22,369 bases of DNA from Oopsacas minuta (Eukaryota > Animalia > Porifera): contig JAKMXF010000049.1 of NCBI GenBank assembly GCA_024704765.1, positions 13,882 through 36,250 of the forward strand. Reading direction: 5' to 3'. Both the position numbers and the translations under genes were made by a program. Numbering within the stretch: position 1 is the first letter of the stretch; each line of letters begins with the position of its first letter. Positions 10,678 to 19,922 of this stretch are shown one piece after another. The notes below the pieces were generated by a model. It searched no databases and was not told where the DNA came from. It was given only the letters and a program-made list of their open reading frames with translations.

Positions 10678-11100
10678 CTTAGATGCCTAGAAGAACGCCA
10701 ATAATGCATTCATCAACTCAAAGTGAATAAATGAAATGACATATAGATACTTTTATACCTAATGTCAAAAGATTGTCATTCAAATGTTGGCTCGTTGTGA
10801 GTTACGGTATAGACCATGGATGACAAATTTGTATGAATATTCAATTATAACTCGAGAATCATTAAAATTACGTCAAAATCAGAATAATCAATTTATACCA
10901 TTTACCCGACTTCTCATACCTTTGTAATACATGTTGATATGATATCTCGCACCAATGTGACGATGCTCGCATATGGTCATTTTCAAGATTACTTTTGAAT
11001 AACAAATTTTTGAGATTTGGTATAAATGTATCTATAGATCATTTCATTTATTCACTTTAAGTTGATAATGCAATATTTAACGTTCTACGAGGCATCGAAG
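10678..11100. repeat. ~420-bp foldback (long imperfect inverted repeat)
   Basis: ATCAACTCAAAGTGAATAAATGAAATGACATATAGATACTTTTATACC pairs with GGTATAAATGTATCTATAGATCATTTCATTTATTCACTTTAAGTTGAT. Pairing extends outward to CTTAGATGCC/GGCATCGAAG and inward for roughly 25 bp more. Confidence 0.85.
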
Positions 11101-11451
11101 AATAACATGTTTTGCTAAATTATTGCTTACTGGACACAGTTTTTGACGCATTCCTGAAATTTTTAGTATTCATGCTTTAAAATTGATGTTCTATAAAGAT
11201 GCAAAACATTTATTCAAGCAATAATGTACCTTTTCTACACTCTAGAAAGCATGTATATGTCACCGTCAATTGAGTCTCAGCTGAGTATCCGGCAAATTGA
11301 GTAATGTTATTCTTATATAATTTGCTACTAATGATATTATGGGTTAACTGAAATGCAAATAGATTTGTGTATTCACTATTCAACATACATACCAAAGCTA
11401 CTTAGGTGCTATTAGGGTGTTAGGCCAATAGTAACACTTGTGCTATCACAC

Positions 11452-11484
11452 CACAGTGGTTCAAAATGGAAGTTAGTAAAGAAT
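11452..11484 (+). repeat. 3' terminal inverted repeat of copy C: heptamer + 17-bp spacer + 9-mer
   Basis: CACAGTG gttcaaaatggaagtta GTAAAGAAT. Confidence 0.8.
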
Positions 11485-11762
11485 AGGTATTCTAGTTCTA
11501 GTACCAGATAGCCATATGCAATGCAATATTTGCGAATAGGTTATCGTATCCGAGAAATCGAATGGGTAATCAAATTTATTCTATGGCATTAGATTTCTGG
11601 ATATGACATCATCACATATTTGATGACGTCATATTCTACAAATTATTTAATAAAACTCATAGAAAATTACACTTCGTAATAAAAATCTCCTACTCTGTGT
11701 GTATACTATTACCCTGTATAGTATTTGGATAAGAGTGATATAGATTTAACATTTTCATGAAT

Positions 11763-12409
11763 CTAAGAATTAATTATAAATGATTCAACAATTTCGTCTA
11801 TGGAAGAATCTAGTAATCTATTTTCGGTATTATCCCTACAACACTTTGCTCTTTTGTGTGGCCGTGTTCCCCACACCTTTCACAAACTAAACTTGAACGA
11901 AATTGATCCAATACAAGGCAGGGGTGGCGCTAGGGAGGGGGCGGGGGGACTACAGCCCCCGTCGGGGAAGGAATTAGAAGAAATTTGACAAGAATATGAA
12001 TTCTAAAGTTATTTAGTGTAGTATTCTGGGATTTATATCACAAAATTAGACCTCCCATTGGGGACCTAAGCCCCCTTATTGGGGATTTCCTGGCGTCACC
12101 CCTGATACAGGGTCACTTTCAGAGGCCAGTCTCACGAAAATGTCCATTGCATTATCTTCAAATGAAGACTTCCTTGCAAGATTCTCCTAGTACTTTCTTA
12201 GTAACTTGTTGCATGCCTCGGATCCCTCTTCAGACAAACTTTTCAGACCTCGCCCAAGGTTGAACTCTTTCAAATTTCATCTGAGTGAGCTAATACCCTG
12301 TGTAACGTTGGGGTAATACTCATCCAAGCTAAGGAATCAACAATCAAGAGATATGTATCGGTGCATAGATCACCAAAGACCACGGTGTTAATGATCCTGC
12401 CTGAATTGA
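11763..12409 (-). pseudogene. C-terminal part of a Transib/RAG1-like transposase (not in the ORF track), interrupted by a hAT MITE
   Basis: Manual translation: NSGRIINTVVFGDLCTDTYLLIVDSLAWMSITPTLHRVLAHSDEI*..KSLSEEGSEACNKLLRKY*ENLARKSSFEDNAMDIFVRLASESDPV, then after removing the MITE LDQFRSSLVCERCGEHGHTK/RAKCC..IVESFIINS*. The catalytic E (GAG) is at 12217-12219. Confidence 0.9.
11919..12104. mobile_element. 186-bp hAT-type MITE with 8-bp TSD
   Basis: TIRs CAGGGGTGGCGCTAGG / CCTGGCGTCACCCCTG; flanks ATACAAGG (11911-11918) and ATACAGGG (12105-12112). Removing it restores the transposase reading frame. Confidence 0.9.
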
Positions 12410-12410
12410 N
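12410..12410. other. Single N, probable assembly gap placeholder
   Basis: Transib coding sequence stops exactly at the N and unrelated sequence follows. Confidence 0.8.
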
Positions 12411-12469
12411 AGCCATTTAAAACCTGTTAAATTATTAACAAACATTGACCAATCAAAAGTGGAGCGAAA

Positions 12470-12571
12470 TGTCGTGGAACGTTTTGTCGTGGAACGTTTT
12501 GTCGCTGGAACATTTTGTCTGGAACATTTTGTCGTGGAACATTTTGTCGTGGAACGTTTTGTCGGACTTCC
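12470..12571 (-). repeat. Six ~15-bp tandem repeats, probably the terminal array of a MULE-type element
   Basis: The unit (G/A)TTTTGTCGTGGAAC occurs six times with small indels. The minus strand starts GGAAGTCCGACAAAACG at 12571, resembling the GGGATACGGACAAATG end and repeats of the MULE at 18208. Confidence 0.6.
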
Positions 12572-13059
12572 AAGAATCGATTGCCTTTCTGATTGATGGT
12601 TGACAGAGAAAAAATCAAGTGCTTCCTAGTTAATTATTTAGAAATCGAAATAGTTGCTAGAAATTAGTAAATATAGCAGTATAATATGAATTGCTAAAAT
12701 TTTGAAAATCTCAAAATTAACAGGTTGCTCTATTAAAAATGATTTATGTTCATTTGGTGGAGGCTGGATTTAGTTCTAAATTAAAGATAATATATTGACA
12801 AATCACCCTTACACTTGATATTACCTGGCTACGACTGGCCACAGTGAGTTTGAAGTTATGACATTTGATTACAAAGTATAGAATTTTCTCAAGAAAATTA
12901 TTCTTCTTAGGTTTCAGACTGCTGAATTTAATGGTAATATTTTTGAAAGCATAGGGATGATGAAAAATTCGCCCCAAAGCCTATGGTGGATAGTAATATA
13001 TTCGTAGATAGATCTCTTTCTGCTTTCATAGAAAGTATTGAAATAATTAATTCGATCAA

Positions 13060-13790
13060 CATAGAAATACCAGATATATCTACTCGAGGAGACATTATAC
13101 AAATTGAAGGATTTAGTTATCCGAAGGATTCTATTGGCTGTAGTTCTCAAGAAGAATGGTTTTTTAGATTTCCCTGGTTGGAATATTCATCATCCTTGGT
13201 GCTGTATTTTGCTTTCTCTGCTGTCAATTTCTATGACAAGGCACAAAAGAAAATATCTTCACAAACATTGGATTTAAAAATTGGAAATCGGAAGTAGAAA
13301 AAGCAAAGGACTGCCTAAACATGCTGATTCTCGTGTTCATATTACTGCAATGGCGATTTGGCGGGAAAAAGAGCTTAGGGAATCATCCCAAACAGGAGTA
13401 TCCACATTGGTTTCTGCTGATGTTCTTGAAAGAAAGAAATAATATATACGATCCATTGCTGAAATTGTTCAATTTTTAGCAGTCAATGAATTAGATCTAC
13501 TTGGAAATTTTGAAATTGATGAAAAATACGAAGTATGGATTGTTCAGGAACTTGTTTGAATATCCACTTAAAAAGGACCCGAAGCTGAAATCATACACGA
13601 ATTCCTAAAATTGCTCATTGCTTTTCTCCTGATATTCTTAATAATGTGATAGAAATTCTATAGGGAAGAAATTATTTTTGAAAGCTTAGATGCTGATGTC
13701 CATGCATGTTTACTTTACTAGATGGCACTAGAGATCGTAACAAATATAGAAAATGCATCAATTGGAATTCGTTATGTTAGGGATTGAAGT
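13060..13790 (+). pseudogene. hAT transposase remnant of ZMYM1 type (TTF zinc finger + DUF4371 region)
   Basis: YPK..WFFRFPWLEYS, AVFCFLC..F, GFKNWK, KGLPKHADSRVH..AM..W, IVQFLAVNEL, GLFRNLFEY.LKKDPKL, FSPDILNNVIEIL, NIENASIGIRYV; multiple stops and frameshifts. Confidence 0.85.
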
Positions 13791-13841
13791 ATTTGAATCT
13801 TTAATTAGTGTAGCAAAAAATCTTTCTTCAGATGCCAACAC

Positions 13842-13925
13842 CAGGGACGTCGCAATGGGGGGGCAGGGGGCAATGCCCCACTTGGTAAATCTCGTGCCTC
13901 GGGGCATGCCACCGGACCCCTTGGC
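13842..13925 (+). mobile_element. Orphan left end of a CAGGG-type MITE
   Basis: CAGGGACGTCGCAATGGGGGGGCAGGGGGCAATGCCCC has the same architecture as the other CAG-ended MITE ends here; no partner end found. Confidence 0.4.
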
Positions 13926-14364
13926 TTAAATTGCAAACTGGAAAATTTCGGCTCACGCAATTTATATATATAATATGTGTGTGTGCAAGTAGAAAATATA
14001 TAATGGTTAGCATTCAAATTGCTGAAACATAACAAACAACAAACTAATTTCTGAATGAAGACATAGATTGTTGTTAGAATAACAAATGAATTTTCATAAG
14101 ACTGATATTAGTAATAATAAACAACTCACAATATAGACATTTCAATGAAATCTAATTTACCATAGGAAAGATTCCGAACTCAGGCGTAGGACAGATTCAG
14201 CTTTCCCAGCTCAGCTCTACACTAGAACAAAGTTTGTCCATATTAGTTGTACCTATAATTAAATCACAGAGAATTTCTTAAATCAAGTAGTTATTCAAAT
14301 TCAGGTAATCTACAATCGAAAAAATACGGTTAGGAATCGAACCCAGGTCAGCAAGCTGTTGAAC

Positions 14365-14388
14365 TACTAGCGCGCTTCGCTTGCTAGG
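14365..14388. repeat. GC-rich hairpin motif, copy 1 (Helitron/Helentron-like terminus or SINE part)
   Basis: 24-bp exact match TACTAGCGCGCTTCGCTTGCTAGG to 16476-16499; both copies are preceded by TAGGACAGATTC. Confidence 0.6.
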
Positions 14389-14531
14389 TCGCTGTGCGAC
14401 AGCTTGGCCTCAGATTAGTTTAAGTATACACAGGTACGTCGCCAGGATTTTTCACCTAGAAGGGGGGGCACGAAGTTTCCAAGGGACAGGATGATGGGCA
14501 AGGTGCTTCACGGGTTTAGCAGGAGCATACC

Positions 14532-14927
14532 CAGTAGCGGATCAATAAATTTTTAGTTGGTTAGTACCATCCAGCTGGGCAGTTGCGTCCTGTGGCTTTG
14601 ATATATGGGAGGGACAAATTCAATCTGATTGTCAACAAGTTCTACGTAGATGTTTCCTACCAGGTTAAATGTGCACACCCCAGATTTCAAAGTATGTGGG
14701 CCTGTAAACAATCAGTAAGGTCGAAGAGCCAAACAATTGAAAGAAATAACGTATGGCCTGCAATTGCCCCAGAAAGTTTTTTTTTCTGGCCGAGTAATGA
14801 TATGTAGCTCGGAGAATATTTGGGGGGCCCCAGTCACATATGCACTACGCTACTGCAGCTGGAGGTCTGGGGTGTTGTAGGTTTTCCAGTCGTGACGGGG
14901 CGTAGCCCTTGGACAATAAGCTATAAT
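14532..14927 (+). mobile_element. Left part of a MITE of the same family as 20903-21536, split by a nested insertion
   Basis: CAGTAGCGGATC end. After removing 14580-14855, CATCCAGCTGG..GTTGTAG..GCCCTTGGACAATAAGC is colinear with CATCCAGTTGG..GTTGTAG..GCCTCTGGACGATAAGC of the 20903 element. Confidence 0.6.
14580..14855. mobile_element. 276-bp hAT-type MITE with 8-bp TSD, nested
   Basis: Ends CAGTTGCGTCCTG / CACTACGCTACTG (10/13); flanks CAGCTGGG (14572-14579) and CAGCTGGA (14856-14863). Confidence 0.75.
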
Positions 14928-15160
14928 AGCCACTATATTAATTACCTTTGTACTGCCACGTAGGATTGAATCTTGAAACAATTCTCAGTTATATTTTAAG
15001 AATAAATAGTGAAATCTTTAAACAAACAAAGAGAAGTTATCAATAATTATTATATCAATGGAAACATCGACCGGAAAAATCGTACGATAATCCTTGATAA
15101 TATAATTTGTATGGTTAATTCTACTTTTTACTGTGCCGGCTCTACTTTAGTATAGTGGCC
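14928..15160. mobile_element. Possible 233-bp MITE
   Basis: AGCCACTATATTAA / TTAGTATAGTGGCC inverted match (12/14); no clear TSD. Confidence 0.4.
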
Positions 15161-15412
15161 CATTATTGAAATAGGTGCCGATATTTTTTAACTTAAGGGA
15201 TGCTGGCCAAGTACGCCAAAACGGACTGGAGAAAACACTGCATTTGCTCAGGGTATAAACCCTCAAAAATATTACCTAGTTAGGTAGATCAATACCAGTT
15301 ATATCACTTATTTATGGGTTAGATTACATTATATTGAGGGTAAGATGCGCGAAGCTGTATGTCGTTAGTCAGTATTTTGAATCATATTTGCTACAATTGT
15401 TTTGTTGTTTTT

Positions 15413-16229
15413 ATGGAATATTCTATTGTTGAAGGGAAAATATTGTTAAATGTTCAAGTTCGAGAATCTCCAAATTCAATCTTTCTCAAGTGTGCATTAT
15501 TTCGGACATATAGCTGTGAGTTCTTCGGCAAAATAGGCAAAATAACATCTGTTTGAAGTGACAAATCTACATAATCACTCTGTGGAATCTCATAATAAAA
15601 AGAAATTATCCTTTGTAACCTAATAAAGCAGAAGGCAGAAACTACGATTTGCGAACGCAAACTTAGAGAAAAATTTAATGAATGCTGCCGAGATTCTATT
15701 AGTGAATCTTCTGTGCCTCTGAAGAAATTTGAAAGCAGTATGTTTAAGAGAAGGAGGAAAATTCAACCGAAATTACCCTCATCCGCACAAAATTTGGAGT
15801 AATGTTACTTGAATCAGGAGGATGTAACTTTAATCTTTGGATCAGATAGCATGGTAAACAAGCTCCCAGATTTTACTCATATTCAGTTTGATGGCACCTT
15901 GAAACTCATCCCTCGAATATTCTTACAACTCTTCATGATATTTATTTAATTTAATGGTCATATACTTCCAGCACCACACATCCTAATGACCAGAAAACTG
16001 GGCAATTATACACAGCTGTACTCTCTATATCTCACGCCTTACTGGATTCTTTTTAAAGTGAGGATGAGCTCGATGATGATCAGTGCCATGTATGATTACT
16101 AGCCAGATCAGAAAACTTTGCCCTTTTACATGACCATTGTATACAATCTTGTGACAACCATTTATTTGAACTTCAGGCCGACTGTCCAATTTGCAGGAGC
16201 TAAATAAATTGAATATTGAAAGTTTGCCA
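15413..16229 (+). pseudogene. Internally deleted MULE transposase remnant followed by a C3HC4-type RING finger remnant
   Basis: FLKCALFRTYSC..LHNH (FLYWCH/WRKY-like), LREKFNECCR, SMFKRRRKIQPKLP, IQFDGTLKLIPRIFLQLFMIF, GHILPAPHILMTRK. Then at 16084-16229: CHV*LLARSENFALLHDHCIQSCDNHLFELQADCPICRS*I..ILKV. Confidence 0.8.
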
Positions 16230-16475
16230 ATTACAGTCAATTCAGATTTCTTTTTCACTCTTTTTCACTAATTTACATCTTCAACTTCACTACTTAACGT
16301 AATTTATTCATCTCCTTGTGTGTTTCGTTTTACTCTCCATTAAACTTATATATTTTTTCCATTAAGTATTTTATCTAGTATATTATTAAGAAATTTAGGA
16401 CAGATTCCGGTAATATCGTTGTACAGAATCAGGCGATTCGCTGAGCTCTTTCTCTCTATATTATCTCATTGTACA

Positions 16476-16515
16476 TACTAGCGCGCTTCGCTTGCTAGGC
16501 CGCTCGCGAAGAGCG
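16476..16515. repeat. GC-rich double hairpin, copy 2
   Basis: CTAGC-gcgcttcgctt-GCTAG followed by CGCTC-gcgaa-GAGCG; a related motif GAGCGAAGCGAGC occurs at 21393. Confidence 0.6.
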
Positions 16516-17457
16516 AAAGTATAATTGTGCTTTGTGGCTATTTTAGCTTAAGTATGAATCAGCTAAATTTATTAGTGCTTTTTGTCGCTATGCGAGGGGA
16601 TATACCCTACTTCATATCTCAATTTGAAAAAATAGAGGATATTGTAATTTTTATTATGCATGGTCCATCTAAATAGATTTAACGGACTTCTGTGATAGTA
16701 CTGTAGATGTGACGTGGCTTTTGGTTGCTGATCTCGACACTTCGCGCCCCGAAACTTATGAAATTCTCAAAAAGACACGAAATTAGGGACAATGTGATTT
16801 TCTATACAGCCATGTTGACGCAACAATCCCAAAGTTTACATTTAGTCAAAATCATGATGTCAGGACATTTGACATATTGAGGGGTAGCTGTAATTCAAAT
16901 TTCAAACTTCTATCATGTGTATTGGCTGAGCAGTGATTAACTATGTAATTTTTGAAATCCGAAAAGGTGACAATGACGTCATAGTTTCGTCAAAGGTGTG
17001 AATTTTCGTCCAAGACTAAAATTGTCCGAGCCAGGCCCAAAATACTCCAGTATGCCAATTAAGCCCTGAAATATTACATTTCTGTTTCAGTTGCATTTAA
17101 AGATATTCATTCCTGAGGGAGGCTTCTTTCCGCAATTTCCTCATTAAATATAATATCATCTTTGTTGTAAATGAACGATCATCCTGTAGCGACACTTCTA
17201 GGACTACTCAATTTGTCACTTGACTGCTTAGCTATTGCGAATTCATTGAAAATTTATTTAATATGCAAATTGATAACATTTGAATAATCAATGATGATGC
17301 GATCTTTATCTAACGTGGCACTTAAGGAAAGAACCCTGATTGAATCTAATCTTGTTTTGTTACATTAGATGCAGTAAATTTATTAACAAATTTAGCAATT
17401 CTAGGACCATGCTTCATGCTAGCATTCATACAAATAATTGTTTAGTAATCTTTACAG

Positions 17458-17504
17458 TTTCAGTTAACACCAATAATTTCAGTTAACACCAATAATTTCA
17501 GTTA
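17458..17504 (+). repeat. 19-bp tandem repeat, ~2.5 copies
   Basis: TTTCAGTTAACACCAATAA twice, then TTTCAGTTA. Confidence 0.9.
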
Positions 17505-18519
17505 GCAGCACTAGGTCTGACCAACATTTGCAACAAGAAGTTGTATTACGATATTTTCATAATTCCACTATTTCGTGTTTACGCATTATGTATAACATCG
17601 ATACTTGGGATGTAGTACCAAGGACGCGACTAGGCCAAACCACGGTGAGGAATGCATAGGCTGAACTTTGATCTTCCATACTGTTTTACTAAATATTCAA
17701 TACTATTTGGTCTAAATGCAAGTAAATCTTTTGATAAATTAATTTATGTGGAGAATTTCGTCATAACTGACTCATAATGAGCTTGATTTCCTTTTTAATC
17801 ATGGATGACATGGATTTCGTATAGATGACTGTGTTAAATTATTCAGGTGTCCAGTACAGTAACTGTGCAAGTTATTCACTATAAGTCTATTACTAACACA
17901 TATAAAAGTGATATCCACGGATGAGTATGGTTCTTTAAAGCCTATTTTGGACATATTTCGAGCCCGTATCTGCCCATGTTATATAAAAGGATGTTTCTTA
18001 TATCCTTGCATGGAATTATAGTGTCATGTAAGTGTTTCCAACAAATAGATGAAATGTTGATGAAATTCTGACACATTCTTCTGTTGACATGCAGAGGTAT
18101 TTAAATATATTCTACGCATCCTGGCCATAACTGAAATATATTGATGATAAAGCTCTACACTTGAGACTAATGTATCTGCCAAAGGCAACTTCCTATCCAT
18201 GAATAATGGGATACGGACAAATGACTACATGGACAAATGGTTACATAGACAAATGACTACATGATAGTTGGGGAAATGGACACATAGACAACAAGGAACT
18301 TCAAGGGTGTCCTCTATTATTGAATTTATTGAAAGAATACTTATTAATTAGTTCATCTAAGTTGCTTCAGGTAACAATTCCACATAATAATGGATTGTTT
18401 CCATATAACACTTAACAAATAGACAAGACTAAAAATAGGCAGTTTGGCACAAAATATATATACGTATACGTATACGTATATTCTATTTGCATATCTCTAA
18501 ATTTGTTGGTATTATTTTG

Positions 18520-19922
18520 ATGGCTGAGCCAAATACAGAACCAAGTCAGTTCAGGTTGATCAGATCGTCAACTATCCGAAAGGAGCGTTATAAACTTGTC
18601 GAAGGCGGTTTTATCTGTAATAAACAGAGAGTAATTGGGGATGTTACACACTGGCAATGCGAGAAAACAAGGATATGTAAAGCAAGGCTCCATACTAAAA
18701 TGAATGAAATTGTAAAGCGTACTGGAGAGCATCTTCATAGCCAGACATATTGGCTGTCAATTGCTTAGAAGTGAAGGATAGAATGAAACGTAAAGCTCGT
18801 CAAACACATGACACAACTCGTCATATTCTTGGAGACGAATTGGAAATAATTACTTGTACAACGGCTGCAAAACTACCAAAACTTGATAGCATGAAGCGTA
18901 CCATTCGTAGAGAAAGGCAGGTACGAGATATAGCCGTTCAACCAGAAAGTCTTCATGCCTTGCCATTTCTCATGAGTTTACGATAACCGCTAAGAGGAAA
19001 ACTTTTTGTTATATGATTCCGGTTCTGAACTAACCAGAATTCTAATATTTGGGACCCAGAAGAACTGTGATATGTTAACATCATCCAATATTTGGCTATC
19101 AGATGGAACTTTCAAAACAGCACCTCAACTTTTCGCTCAAGTATATACAATACACGCGTTACGTGGAAGTCCAAACCCTCTACAAGATGGCCATCTTTAC
19201 CTTCCCTCTTTATGCTATTACCTAATAAGACCGAAGCAACATACACTCAAAGTGGGAACATATCAGAATCCTTTGTCCTACAGCATCTCCAACAAGCATG
19301 ACTAGGGATTTTGAAAAGGCCGCAATCAATGCCTTTCAGATGGAATGGCCAACAACTACAGTAAAAGGCTGTTTCTTTCATTTCGCCCAAAATGTTTGGC
19401 GCAAAATTCAGGAATTAGGACTCCAAACAGACTATNTCCTGCACTTGCTTTTGCGCCTCCACTTGAAGTTCAAGAACTCTTCCCACAAGTAATAGAACAA
19501 CTGGATATACCAGCTTCTCTTGAACTTGCATTGTATTTTGAGAATACCTACATAGGTCGAACAGTGTCCGGAGGAACACAGTTAGCACCATTATTTCCCA
19601 TTGGGATGTGGAATCATCATCACGCTGTACCTCAGGGGATACCTCGTACACACAATGCTGTAGAAGCATTACACAGAGCCTATAATGTTACTATTGGTTG
19701 CCGCCATCCGAATATATGGAAATGGATTATCGCAACAGACGAGAACAAGGATTGGTTGAAGTAAAGCAGGATAAATTTTTAGCGGGGGATAAGCCATCTA
19801 AAAGGACAAAGAATTCTGCTAATGAGGAGGGATTGGCCAATCTTGTTCTTAGTTACTTTCACCGATCCCAAATGGAATACCTCCAAAGGACTGCACTCAG
19901 ATTCACTTTTGGAACAAATTAG
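18520..19922 (+). pseudogene. FLYWCH-MULE transposase pseudogene
   Basis: FICNK..HWQCEK..CKARL..GEHLH (FLYWCH), WLSDGTFKTAP (D), RDFEKA (D), GCFFHFAQ (CxxH), PRTHNAVEALH (E); about six frameshifts and a gap at 19436. Confidence 0.92.
19436..19436. other. Single N, assembly gap placeholder
   Basis: GLQTDY joins directly to PALAF across the N, whereas MULE transposases normally have a short helix between these motifs, so sequence is missing. Confidence 0.75.

Larger units (their letters stand above)
11452..12409 (-). mobile_element. RAG1-like/Transib element, copy C (3' portion, 5' part lost at the 12410 gap)
   Basis: Terminus CACAGTG at 11452, ~310 bp downstream of the stop codon of a Transib C-terminal coding fragment. 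Confidence 0.85.

Noticed and set aside
12470-12566. CRISPR-like array or the repetitive peptide (RQNVP)n of ORF 12427-12618
   Set aside because: The units are contiguous 14-16-mers with no unique spacers, the context is eukaryotic with no cas genes, and the ORF merely translates the repeat.
12835-12850. Additional CACAGTG heptamer near 12840
   Set aside because: No GTAAAGAAT follows at 8 or 17 bp and there is no subterminal similarity to the other ends, so it is consistent with chance.
14319-14400. Functional tRNA gene on the minus strand
   Set aside because: A T-loop/B-box match is present, but no acceptor or anticodon stem can be paired.
17075-17420. Possible hAT dimerisation-domain remnant on the minus strand (LSATLDKDRIIIDYSNVIN..FNEFA)
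   Set aside because: The resemblance is limited to one short segment and the diagnostic ERxFS motif cannot be recovered. It needs an HMM search on frameshift-tolerant translations.
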